Source of the DNA: Thermoplasmata archaeon
GTDB taxonomy: Archaea > Thermoplasmatota > E2 > DHVEG-1
Direction: 5' to 3'
Assembly: GCA_020054495.1 (NCBI GenBank)
Contig: JAHWGK010000002.1
Location: 16,418-80,417, forward strand
DNA: 64,000 nucleotides
Shown here: one piece after another, positions 9,952 through 19,563 of the stretch
Layout of the letters: every line of letters begins with the position of its first letter
Position numbering within the stretch: the first letter of the stretch is position 1
Program-made: the position numbers and the translations under genes
The notes under the pieces: model-generated
Database searches by the model: none
Told to the model about the DNA's origin: nothing
Seen by the model: only the letters and a program-made list of their open reading frames with translations

Positions 9952-11850
9952 TTGGGGGTGAAAAATATCAAATCACGATTTCATAAATTTAAGATGAGTC
10001 TTTTTTGTAGGATTTCTAATCCATATAGTATTTTGTTTCATGTTGCAGGGATTGTTTGTCTTATTTGGTTTTTAACACGAGTTTTACCAAAACCAGATAG
10101 GATAAATTACCCTTGCCAGCAGGTATCCATGACTGTAGCATCGAGCTATATTATTTTCTGGAGTATATTATGGAGTGCATTGTTTCATGGACTTGCTTTT
10201 TGGGTTAGGCGGGCCAAAACCAAAACTACAGCAATTTTACCAGTTATTTTAGTTAGCTTTGTTTTAATATTCTCTGTTTCAAGTGGAGTCTTTGCAAATT
10301 TCGATAACAATGAGTATTTAGAAGCAAGCAATTGGGAACCAACTCCTAACGAACCTATTGGAACACCACGAGGTGTGAATCCTGGACGTGTTGTTTGGGT
10401 ATGGAACCCAAATGCTACAAGAGATAATTTGATTGGATTTTGGTGGTTGAAGATAAATAATAATCAAAATGTTATTGATGAAATGTTTTCAAATGGATTG
10501 CATGTATTAACTGATGTGGAAAATGATAAGAAGGCATGGGATATTTTATTTAAATATTTTAATCAAGCCCATGGATATGGTGATATTGAATATCAACCTG
10601 GAGAGAAAATTGCAATTAAGTTAAACCTGAACAACTGTTGGGTCCCTTATTATATGGTAGATAACCAGATAGACGCAAATCCCTATGTAGTTAAAACACT
10701 TCTCAAGCAACTTGTCAATATTGTTGGTGTAGCTCAGAAAGACATCACAATTTACGATGCAGCACGTCCAATGCAAAACTGGTTTTATAATCGTGTTTAT
10801 TACGAAAATTATCCAACAATACCATTGGTGCCAGAATTTCCAGATATAAATTATGTTGATTCAACTGGAGGTGCTGTTGGACGGCAAAAAGTTGAAGCAA
10901 GCACAGAAAAAATTTACTTTTCAGATGAATCTGGTCTAATTAGAACACTTCCTACTTGTGTAGCCGATGCAAAATATATCATTAATATGCCTCAGTTGAA
11001 AAAGCATCCTAGGGAGAATGGTGTAACTTTATCAGGGAAAAACATGTTTGGAACCTGGATCGAATCTGTCCCCGAAATCCATCCTTACCATTATGCAGCT
11101 CATATCATTGGTAATCCTACTCCACAGACTGATCTCTTAGCCCACAAGGAAATAGGGGGTAAAACCTTATTGTACATTGGAGATGGAACGTATGGAACCT
11201 TAGAAGATCAGAAAATAATTGAAAAATTTCAGATGTATCCCTTTAATAACGATTGGACCAACAGTCTTTTCTTCTCACAAGATCCCATTGCTATTGATTC
11301 TGTAATGTATGACTTTCTACATTTAGAAGCTATTTCAAGTGAAGGATCACAAAACTATCTTCATCAATCTGCAGATCCACCATCAAATGTCTATGATCCT
11401 GAGAATGACGGTGTCTTTTTATCAGATAGCCTTGGCGTTCATGAACATTGGAATAAATCTGTTGATATTTTTTCAAATGATAGATACTCTGGTCCATCTG
11501 GCAATGGAATTGATTTTATTACTATGGGTAAAGAACATTCTCAACCTAGTGTTCTAATTACTCAGCCGATGAAGAGGCTTTTGTATATTTCAGGGGAACA
11601 GAAATTTCGTATTCCAGTAACTATTGTTATAGGTAATATTGATGTAGAGGCAGTGGTAAATGGTGTATCTAGTGATGTTGAAAGAGTTGAATTTTATATT
11701 GATCAAGGTTTGAAGTATACGGATTTTGAAGAGCCATACATGTGGACATGGCAAGAGGGGTCAATTTTTAGGCATACCTTGAAAGTTGTTGCTTATTATG
11801 ATGAGAGAAGCAGTTTAGAGGACGAAATAGTCGTTTGGAAGTTCGGTTAA
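9952..11850 (+). CDS. membrane-anchored hypothetical protein (possible DUF362-like domain, C-terminal beta-sandwich)
   Basis: 632 aa. Two N-terminal TM helices. Central region with GEKIAIKLNLNN. Domain call is tentative. Confidence 0.45.
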   Translation: MGVKNIKSRFHKFKMSLFCRISNPYSILFHVAGIVCLIWFLTRVLPKPDRINYPCQQVSMTVASSYIIFWSILWSALFHGLAFWVRRAKTKTTAILPVILVSFVLIFSVSSGVFANFDNNEYLEASNWEPTPNEPIGTPRGVNPGRVVWVWNPNATRDNLIGFWWLKINNNQNVIDEMFSNGLHVLTDVENDKKAWDILFKYFNQAHGYGDIEYQPGEKIAIKLNLNNCWVPYYMVDNQIDANPYVVKTLLKQLVNIVGVAQKDITIYDAARPMQNWFYNRVYYENYPTIPLVPEFPDINYVDSTGGAVGRQKVEASTEKIYFSDESGLIRTLPTCVADAKYIINMPQLKKHPRENGVTLSGKNMFGTWIESVPEIHPYHYAAHIIGNPTPQTDLLAHKEIGGKTLLYIGDGTYGTLEDQKIIEKFQMYPFNNDWTNSLFFSQDPIAIDSVMYDFLHLEAISSEGSQNYLHQSADPPSNVYDPENDGVFLSDSLGVHEHWNKSVDIFSNDRYSGPSGNGIDFITMGKEHSQPSVLITQPMKRLLYISGEQKFRIPVTIVIGNIDVEAVVNGVSSDVERVEFYIDQGLKYTDFEEPYMWTWQEGSIFRHTLKVVAYYDERSSLEDEIVVWKFG

Positions 11851-11925
11851 AGCTCTATAAAATACTGCAAATTTTAATATAAGAAACAACTATTATCAAT
11901 TTCTAATTAAGTGGAGGGAAAACCT

Positions 11926-12069
11926 ATGGCTGATGAAAAAAAAGGAAAAACTGAAGAAGCCGCCGAAAAAACTGGAGAATTTGTAGGAAAAGTAGGAAAA
12001 AAAGGGTTTAAAGTTGTAAAAGGATTTGGTAAAGGCGTAATAAAAGGTGCCACCAAGAAAAAGAAGTAA
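11926..12069 (+). CDS. small lysine-rich basic protein (47 aa)
   Basis: ATG preceded by strong SD GGAGGG 7 nt upstream. MADEKKGKTEEAAEKTGEFVGKVGKKGFKVVKGFGKGVIKGATKKKK. Absent from the ORF track because shorter than 60 aa. Confidence 0.35.
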   Translation: MADEKKGKTEEAAEKTGEFVGKVGKKGFKVVKGFGKGVIKGATKKKK

Positions 12070-12127
12070 AGATTTAAGTAATAATTAGCTTTCAAGTATA
12101 TGAAATAAGATGATGTGAGGAGATAAT

Positions 12128-13063
12128 ATGAAAATGAAAATATTTGTTGTCTGTATTATTATAGGCTTACTTGTGTTTGCCTGTGGTTGTATAGAAGAAA
12201 AAGAAGAAGGAACTGGAGCAGAAGTTCCAGTTGAAACAGCACTTGTTACAATTCAAGTTACTGATAAGATAACTGAAACTTTTGATCATGTAAATATTAC
12301 TTTTTCTGAAATTAAAATTCATAAACAAATGGACGACGATAATGCATCTTGGATTACAATTACGCCAACTCCTACAGAGGTTGATCTTATTTCTCTAAAT
12401 CTTAGTAGCATCAATGCTACTCTTGGTGTTGCTGAGATAGAAGCGGGTAACTATTCAAAACTTTGGATCAATGTTACAAAAGCCCATGGTGTTTTAAGTT
12501 CAACAGGTGAAACTGTAAATATAACTGTTCCATCCGGATGGTTGAAGATTCAACAGCTGCATTTGTTTAATTTATCAAAAGGAAATCATACAATTACAAT
12601 TGATATTGATCTAGAAAGCTCAATACATACTTTTCATGGAGGCGAGGAATATAAGTTTATACCAGTTATAAGTAGTATGGAACAGCATCATGAAAACCAG
12701 TTAAAATTCCAGGAGCACAATCATAGTCAAATCAAGAATTTGGTAGGAAATAGAGCTCCAGCAATTGATATTCTTGTAAATGGTACTCTGGTAAAGAAAA
12801 ATGCCTGGGTAAATGCAAATGAGAGCCTTGAATTTAATGCATCTGCTACTCTTGATTTAGATGGTGATGAACTAACTTTCGCCTGGGATTTTGGTGATGG
12901 AAGTGAAATACAAACAGGAGCCATTGCAAATCACAGTTTTTCAGATTTAGAGAACAACTACAAAGTTACATTAACGGTCTCTGATGGAACAGATGAAGCA
13001 ATAGCTGAAATAATAATCAATGCTCATGTAAACGGTTGGGGTAATGGACACGGACAAGGCTAG
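12128..13063 (+). CDS. secreted/lipoprotein with PKD domain
   Basis: 311 aa. Signal peptide plus Cys cluster (FACGCIEE). PKD motif FAWDFGDGSEIQ near the C-terminus. Confidence 0.6.
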   Translation: MKMKIFVVCIIIGLLVFACGCIEEKEEGTGAEVPVETALVTIQVTDKITETFDHVNITFSEIKIHKQMDDDNASWITITPTPTEVDLISLNLSSINATLGVAEIEAGNYSKLWINVTKAHGVLSSTGETVNITVPSGWLKIQQLHLFNLSKGNHTITIDIDLESSIHTFHGGEEYKFIPVISSMEQHHENQLKFQEHNHSQIKNLVGNRAPAIDILVNGTLVKKNAWVNANESLEFNASATLDLDGDELTFAWDFGDGSEIQTGAIANHSFSDLENNYKVTLTVSDGTDEAIAEIIINAHVNGWGNGHGQG

Positions 13064-13110
13064 TTGTCTGTAGAAATTTAAGGATATATAAGGCTTTCAT
13101 CACTGTTAAT

Positions 13111-14535
13111 CTAAATGTTTGTACTGATAGGGTTACTAGTACCTCCGCCTATTGTTAAACTTGGATCACCAAGAAGAGTCCATTCTTGAACGGTTTTTGC
13201 ATCAATAGAGTGAACTCCTCCAGAGGGTGTTTCCCAATCGATTGGGAAGGTGTCCACATAGCGGCTCAATGCATTTTTCCATATCTGACCAAGAATCACT
13301 GTATCATCTGCATATTCCTTAAAGAATTGCACATTAAGCCAATCTGTTCCACCACCGCCAAATTCAACTCCATACCAAGCTAAACCAGTGGCTCCAAGAG
13401 TTGCAATTGAACCACCATTTGGCTTACTGACTAACTGCCAACTCCAGCATTCTTTCAACCATTTTTGAGGACTCCAGGTTTTAATAAAATTAAACGATGC
13501 AACAGAAAATTCACTGTTGTGACATCCACCAACAAGACAGACTGGAAGTTTATGCTGGTTAGATAAAAACAATAAATTATAGCTATAAAGTCTGCCTAAA
13601 GGAGTTTTTTCAGGTATAAAGGTGTAGGTAACCCAGGCACCTGTACTGCCATGACCAGATAAATACCAAAATCCACATCCCTTGTTTACTTCTCTTATTA
13701 TATTCCAACCATTTTTTGTTAATTCACCGTTTGATGCCCAGAGTTTAATAGGAATAAAATCCTCCATAGCATCAACAGCTCGTTGGTTATTTATCTCACC
13801 TTCATAACCTTCGAATTCTTCATATGTATCTCCACCAACAACAACCATTCTTTTAAACCAAGAAGGATCAGCAGGTTGTTTTTCATAATTGATAATCTTA
13901 TTCACCACAATTTCTACTTCTGATTCATCCACACATGCTAATCTACCAAGACAAACATCAGGAGTAAGATTGATAGGTCTGTCTTCAGCTATCTCACCGT
14001 CCCATTCACCATAAATCTCATCACCGTCAGAATCCCAACTGCAAAAATCACCAACATCATCGTAAATATCTGCATAATAAAGTTCACTGATAAACTTTAG
14101 TTCCAGGTTCTTTGAATAATTATCATTATTATAGCAATAACGAACAGGTATTTGCTTAATGCTTCCAACGAAAAGTACATAGGTAATATGCCAGTTTTCT
14201 ATTGCATCTTTAATGAAGTATTTTATTTTCTCTTGATTATCACGGCCTTGCACTTCAAAATACGAGCCGCTATAAATATCGTCAAGTGAAACAAACTTTG
14301 TTATTATTCCAAGATTAGTTTTATGTTCAATAAAAGGCTCAAGACTTGAATTATAGCTTAATGGAGCAATGATAATCATATCATAATTATCAAGAGCTAT
14401 GGATTTTGAATTATCTTGAAAAATTGTAAAAGGTCGACTCAATCGTATATGACCTGCATCTACAACCATTGGTACAATCGATGTTAACAACAATAGTAAT
14501 ACCAAAAATATTATCCTTACTATCTTTTTTTGCAT
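13111..14535 (-). CDS. secreted clan-CD cysteine peptidase, C25 (gingipain)-like
   Basis: Start reassigned to MQKKIVRIIFLVLLLL (signal peptide, SD GGGGG upstream). SGHG and GGCHNSE His/Cys motifs in a caspase-like arrangement. Confidence 0.55.
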   Translation of the reverse strand: MQKKIVRIIFLVLLLLLTSIVPMVVDAGHIRLSRPFTIFQDNSKSIALDNYDMIIIAPLSYNSSLEPFIEHKTNLGIITKFVSLDDIYSGSYFEVQGRDNQEKIKYFIKDAIENWHITYVLFVGSIKQIPVRYCYNNDNYSKNLELKFISELYYADIYDDVGDFCSWDSDGDEIYGEWDGEIAEDRPINLTPDVCLGRLACVDESEVEIVVNKIINYEKQPADPSWFKRMVVVGGDTYEEFEGYEGEINNQRAVDAMEDFIPIKLWASNGELTKNGWNIIREVNKGCGFWYLSGHGSTGAWVTYTFIPEKTPLGRLYSYNLLFLSNQHKLPVCLVGGCHNSEFSVASFNFIKTWSPQKWLKECWSWQLVSKPNGGSIATLGATGLAWYGVEFGGGGTDWLNVQFFKEYADDTVILGQIWKNALSRYVDTFPIDWETPSGGVHSIDAKTVQEWTLLGDPSLTIGGGTSNPISTNI

Positions 14536-14626
14536 AGTTCTTACCCCCGTATGTGTTATAGAAAGAAGTATTATTAATAAATATCTATAAAAATTAAAAT
14601 TACTATTTATTAAAAATCCCTTGCAT

Positions 14627-15748
14627 TCAATGAAACATAACACTTTCAATTTCACTAATGTTTAACAATCCCCGTAGTTCCTCATCTGAAACAGTTCCTT
14701 TTTCTTTTGACTTCACGTAGCGCATTATTCTGGTGATATTATCATTATTAGTAGAAACGCCAATCTGTTGCAGTTTTTGTTTAATCGTTTGTATACTAGC
14801 CATCTTGTCTAAGATAAATTTTCTATTTCTTCCTACAAGCTCGGCAGGAAATACTTCATAATACGAAGGATCATGAAGAACAGCTGCAACATGCAAGCCT
14901 GCATTATGTACAAAAGCATTTTTCCCAACAACAGGAGTATTCGGTGAAATATTTATTCCAGAAAATTCCGATACCTTTTGTGATATTTTTGAAATCATTT
15001 CTAGTTTCCAGTTGTTTTTTACACAATAGAGCGAATGCAACGCAAGACAAAGTTCTGAAAGCGGAGTAATTCCTACTCTTTCGCCTAATCCATTAACTGA
15101 TACATCAATCATTGTCACTCCAGCTTCATAGGCTGCCAATGCATTTGCTGTAGCAAGGCCTAAATCGTTATGACAATGGGCGTTAAATTTTACTTTTATT
15201 TCAGATTGCAAACTTTTTATAAGATCATACATTCTTGTAGGAGTTACTGCTCCAACTGTATCTGCTATACTTATTCTATCCGCACCTGCTTCAACAGCTG
15301 CTCTAGATACTTTAATTAAAGAGGTAAAGTCTGTCCTAATAGCATCTTCAGGAGTATATCTAACTTTTAATCCATAGTCTTTTGCATACTCAATTGTCTC
15401 TGTTATTAGATCAGTAACTTTATTTATATTTGATCTGAATTGTTGTTCGAGTCTACGGTTTGAAACACAGAAAAATATACCAACCCAATCCACATTGCAA
15501 GATCTAGCGACATCTATGTCTTCTTTTATTGCTCTACAATGAGCCAATATTTCTGCATTATACCCCTGATTAGATATCTCTTTGACTCCTCTAAAAATAT
15601 CCTTAGATACCCTTGGGTGACCTGCCTCTATTATATCTACTCCAAACTCATCTAGTAAACTAGCAATTGTGAGCTTTTCTTCTACACTAAAGGTTATACC
15701 CGGAGTTTGTTCACCTTCCCTAAGTGTAGAGTCAAGTATTTCAACCAC
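14627..15748 (-). CDS. homocitrate synthase / 2-isopropylmalate synthase family (short form, no LeuA regulatory domain)
   Basis: 373 aa. ILDSTLREGEQTPG, HCHNDLGLATANALAA. GTG start 15 nt downstream of the lysW stop, in the same frame. Confidence 0.85.
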   Translation of the reverse strand: MVEILDSTLREGEQTPGITFSVEEKLTIASLLDEFGVDIIEAGHPRVSKDIFRGVKEISNQGYNAEILAHCRAIKEDIDVARSCNVDWVGIFFCVSNRRLEQQFRSNINKVTDLITETIEYAKDYGLKVRYTPEDAIRTDFTSLIKVSRAAVEAGADRISIADTVGAVTPTRMYDLIKSLQSEIKVKFNAHCHNDLGLATANALAAYEAGVTMIDVSVNGLGERVGITPLSELCLALHSLYCVKNNWKLEMISKISQKVSEFSGINISPNTPVVGKNAFVHNAGLHVAAVLHDPSYYEVFPAELVGRNRKFILDKMASIQTIKQKLQQIGVSTNNDNITRIMRYVKSKEKGTVSDEELRGLLNISEIESVMFH

Positions 15749-15763
15749 TTGTTCACCTATATT

Positions 15764-15910
15764 TCATTCTTCTGATGGCCCCAAATGCAAACCAACTAGA
15801 TGATCTCCAGTAACTTCCATTTCAGTACCACATCCAGGGCAATCAACTACTGCTCCCTGCTCTGGATTTTGTAGATCTATTCTTGTACTACATTCTGCAC
15901 ATTCAAACAT
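15764..15910 (-). CDS. lysW: LysW-like alpha-aminoadipate/amino-group carrier protein (48 aa)
   Basis: Manual translation: MFECAECSTRIDLQNPEQGAVVDCPGCGTEMEVTGDHLVGLHLGPSEE. Two CxxC pairs and an acidic C-terminus ending in Glu, as in Thermus LysW. Not in the ORF track (below 60 aa). Confidence 0.7.
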   Translation of the reverse strand: MFECAECSTRIDLQNPEQGAVVDCPGCGTEMEVTGDHLVGLHLGPSEE

Positions 15911-15990
15911 AATATTATCGTTAAAATATCAACAATAAGTTATATATATACTTAATGTGATTATAATCACAAAATTCGAGGGTATTTGTA

Positions 15991-16641
15991 ATGGTAACTG
16001 TGAGCCATATTGTCCAAAAATTGGTCAATGAAAGAGTTTTTATTCAAGAATCCATGAACAAAAAAATCATTTCATATGCATCATTAGCAAAACAACTACA
16101 ACCAGAGATAGAAGAAGAATTAGAAAAACCAGTTAAAAATCATGCAATAGAAATGGCTCTCCGCAGATATGCAGACCAACTACAAAAAAAACATAAAACC
16201 ATATCTTTTGATTATTCATCAGATATCATCATGAAAACACAAGTATGTGACATCTCAGTTTTACGTTCACCGATGTTACTTAAAAATTTAAAAAATTTTT
16301 ATAATATTGTACAACTTGAAAAAGGAGATATTCTTAATATTATACTTGGAAGTAACGAGGTAAGCATTGTCACAAACGAACGATATAAACAAAAATTTTG
16401 TGATATGCTAAAAAATGAAATTGTTCTTAATGTTGAAGAAGAACTTGTTTCCTTAACAATGACGCTTTCTAAAAACTTCCTCAACACACCAGGTGTCATA
16501 TTCAACATTATTCGTAACATCGCTTGGGATAATATCAACATTTTTGAAATCGTTTCAACAAATACTGAATTAACATTTATTATTCACAAAAAAGATGCTA
16601 TGAGAGGTTACAAAGCATTAGAAAAACTTATCCCTCAATAG
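15991..16641 (+). CDS. ACT-domain-containing regulatory protein (paralog of 3849..4499)
   Basis: 216 aa. Same architecture and conserved blocks (MVTxxHxVxKLV, NERYK, GYKALxxLI) as the 3849..4499 product. Divergent from lysW-HCS. Confidence 0.45.
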   Translation: MVTVSHIVQKLVNERVFIQESMNKKIISYASLAKQLQPEIEEELEKPVKNHAIEMALRRYADQLQKKHKTISFDYSSDIIMKTQVCDISVLRSPMLLKNLKNFYNIVQLEKGDILNIILGSNEVSIVTNERYKQKFCDMLKNEIVLNVEEELVSLTMTLSKNFLNTPGVIFNIIRNIAWDNINIFEIVSTNTELTFIIHKKDAMRGYKALEKLIPQ

Positions 16642-18073
16642 ATCTAGAGTTCTTCTGAAAATCTTCACCAGTCCAACAGTATAAACATAGTTTGTCTTTT
16701 GGTAAACCTATTGCCTCAACCATATCATCCAATAGTTGATATCTTAATGATGTTACATCTAGATCTTTAGCAATCCAATCAAGCATTTTTTGATATTTCT
16801 TTGATTTAGGATCCGAATATTCAGAAACATCTTCGATATCTTTCCCTTCAAGTGCTTTTATTGCTTTCCTAGCAGCTAATTCATCGACGCTCCTTGCAGA
16901 CAAATTATATATGCACGGAAACATCAATGGTGGACATGCAGGTCGTACATGTACCTCTTTAGCACCAGCATCTTTCAATTTTGTAATTGTAAAATTTTTT
17001 AGTTGCGTTCCTCTAACAATTGAATCTTCACATAAAATGATCCTATTCCCATCAGCAATGTCTTTATTCGCTATTAATTTTAATAAAGCAACTCTATCTC
17101 TTCTATCCTGTGTCAAAGGTGTGTAACTCCTCCCGTAGCCCGGTGTATATTTAAACAAAACCCTTCTAAATGGTTTGCCAGACTTTATAGCGTACCCGAT
17201 AGCATGAGCTGTTCCAGAGTCAGGAACTCCTGAAGCTAAATCTATTTTAACATTATCTCGTTTGGCTAAAAACTTTCCACAATTTTCTCTTACCTTCTCT
17301 ACATTTATACCCTCATATGTAGAAGCTGGAAATCCTGTATAAATCCATAAAAAGGCACATATTTTGTTGGTTTTAGTCCCAGCTTTTTTCTTTCCAATGC
17401 CTTTTTTACTGATAAAGACAATTTCCCCTGGAGAAAGAAATTTTTTAATTTTAAAACCTAAATTTGGAAATGAGCAGGTTTCACTTGTAACTGCAATCTC
17501 ATCTTTTTTTTCACCAATAATCAAGGGGGTTACCCCATATCTATCTCTTACACAATATATTCCATCCTTTGTCAATAAAAGTAAAGATATCGATCCATCA
17601 ATCTTATCGTACATCTTTTCAATACCAGTAATAATGCTATCCTCTTGGTTAATTAAGTAGGCAACAAGTTCTGTTGTGTTGATATCGCCCTGCCCAAGTT
17701 CACTAAAAGAAATCCCCTTTTTGATTAATGTTTTTGACAATGCGTCTTTGTTAGTTACTAGGCCAGCGCAACATATTGCAAAAGGCCCAAATTTACTTTC
17801 AAAACTTAATGGTTGAGGATCTTTATCAGATATCACTCCAATGCCCAAATTACTTTTTATTTTATCAGAGCCTTCGTAAAACTTTGATTTAAACTGTGAA
17901 TTATCGATATCATGGATTTTCTTAACAGGCATTCCATTATTTTCATCGATAAAAGCAATTCCTCCATACTCGGTACCTAAATGACTATGGTAATCGGTTC
18001 CATAGTACAGACTAGAAATACAATTTTTTTTGCTTACAACACCAAATAATCCGCTCATAATTCCCCCAATCAA
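16628..18073 (-). CDS. amidophosphoribosyltransferase (PurF)-like protein with Ser replacing the N-terminal Cys nucleophile
   Basis: 481 aa. Ntn-amidotransferase-like N-domain (MSGLFGVV instead of MCGIVG). C-terminal PRTase domain with PRPP motif IILCEDSIVRGTQ. Confidence 0.65.
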   Translation of the reverse strand: MIGGIMSGLFGVVSKKNCISSLYYGTDYHSHLGTEYGGIAFIDENNGMPVKKIHDIDNSQFKSKFYEGSDKIKSNLGIGVISDKDPQPLSFESKFGPFAICCAGLVTNKDALSKTLIKKGISFSELGQGDINTTELVAYLINQEDSIITGIEKMYDKIDGSISLLLLTKDGIYCVRDRYGVTPLIIGEKKDEIAVTSETCSFPNLGFKIKKFLSPGEIVFISKKGIGKKKAGTKTNKICAFLWIYTGFPASTYEGINVEKVRENCGKFLAKRDNVKIDLASGVPDSGTAHAIGYAIKSGKPFRRVLFKYTPGYGRSYTPLTQDRRDRVALLKLIANKDIADGNRIILCEDSIVRGTQLKNFTITKLKDAGAKEVHVRPACPPLMFPCIYNLSARSVDELAARKAIKALEGKDIEDVSEYSDPKSKKYQKMLDWIAKDLDVTSLRYQLLDDMVEAIGLPKDKLCLYCWTGEDFQKNSRSIEG

Positions 18074-18230
18074 AACGGAATCAGCGATGTGTATTTAATG
18101 ATTATTAAATTAATAAAAGTTTAATTTGCAATTTAGAAATTAAAGACCTATAAGGTTTTGCTCCAATGATTTACTATTTTTTACAAATCATCGCCTTGTT
18201 TAAAACACAGATAGGGACCTTTAATTATGT

Positions 18231-19481
18231 TTAGTAAGGTTCCAACGCAGGATGTCTATCAAATTTAAAAATTGGAAAAATATTCAATTCTTTATGAATG
18301 GATTTTCGGAATCCAAAAATGATTTTTGGCATCCATCGCATGAATGATATTTTAAGCCCGATCCAATCGTCCCAGTAATTACTATCATAACAAATATTTT
18401 TTGACTCTGCAAATTTTTGATATTTCTTTTTATAAGAAAACACAGGTTGATCATGTTTAAAACATTTGATAAAATTATTATGATGAATATAGAAATTAAT
18501 ACCTCCTTCTAGATAACAACCATAGCTACAATTTCTGAATGTATTATTATATGCCTCACTATTATTTCCATGTAGCGAAATCCCACCTCGATGTATATTT
18601 TCAAAAGTATTATTTCTAATGACTAAGTTAGATGAATGGCTAATTATAATTCCAATGCTGGTATTATGTATAGTCATATTTTCTATTATGCAATTATGAC
18701 AATCAAGGATAATTAATTGTCCTGCATCAGGATGAGATATTACAGTATTTTCCTCGTTCAAATGAAGATAGACTGGTTTACCATTTACCAAATTATTCAA
18801 AAAAACACAACTTAAAACATTACAGGGCGTGTCACCAAAAATAATACCTGAATTTTGGCATGAATTGTTCACAATATTATGATCCTTCATACGAATAAAA
18901 TACATACCAAAAACATTAAATTGAAAATCATTACCTTCAACAGTACAATTTATCGGAAAATTCTTAATTTTTAAAAATTTTGAAAGACGATCTCTCCCAA
19001 AAAATAATCCCATAAAATTATTTTTAAAGGTATTATTAGAAATAGTATGGTTATTACTTGAAGCAACAAATAAACCATTTCCTTCAGTTCTAAGATAACC
19101 TGCATTAATTATCTCAAAACAAGAAACTGTACAACCGTCAGCATAAATTTCAATTACATTACCTTTACATCTTCCATCAACAACAGGTTTACCAATATCA
19201 TAACCAGTATCTAGCTCATATGGGATTCCTATCAATGTTAGTTTTTTATTGACTCTAACACGTTCTTTATACGTACCGCTATAAACATTAATTGTATCCC
19301 CGGAATTTGCTTGATTAACAGCACACTGAATAGACTTAAAATCCCCATCACCTTCATTATCAACAATCCAAGTTTGAGGTGGCATAGTTCTATTAGTTTG
19401 TAATTTAACCGCCATTGTAGAAGAAAAACTTGATATCAAGAGTATAGAAATTATCGTCACCACAACTAAAAATTTTTTCAT
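18231..19481 (-). CDS. secreted right-handed beta-helix repeat protein
   Basis: 416 aa. Signal peptide. DGDFKSIQCAVNQANSGDTINVYSGTYKERV, the same N-terminal architecture as 6037..7728. Confidence 0.6.
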   Translation of the reverse strand: MKKFLVVVTIISILLISSFSSTMAVKLQTNRTMPPQTWIVDNEGDGDFKSIQCAVNQANSGDTINVYSGTYKERVRVNKKLTLIGIPYELDTGYDIGKPVVDGRCKGNVIEIYADGCTVSCFEIINAGYLRTEGNGLFVASSNNHTISNNTFKNNFMGLFFGRDRLSKFLKIKNFPINCTVEGNDFQFNVFGMYFIRMKDHNIVNNSCQNSGIIFGDTPCNVLSCVFLNNLVNGKPVYLHLNEENTVISHPDAGQLIILDCHNCIIENMTIHNTSIGIIISHSSNLVIRNNTFENIHRGGISLHGNNSEAYNNTFRNCSYGCYLEGGINFYIHHNNFIKCFKHDQPVFSYKKKYQKFAESKNICYDSNYWDDWIGLKISFMRWMPKIIFGFRKSIHKELNIFPIFKFDRHPALEPY

Positions 19482-19563
19482 AAAAATAAATATATATACA
19501 CTTATTAATAAGATTTATGTAATGCTCTTGTTGTTCATATCCAATTGCTAGATATTGTATGCA

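Noticed and set aside
11907-12095. 62-aa minus-strand ORF (low-complexity P/F/T-rich)
   Set aside because: Antisense to a better-supported small plus-strand ORF with a strong SD. Low-complexity translation.
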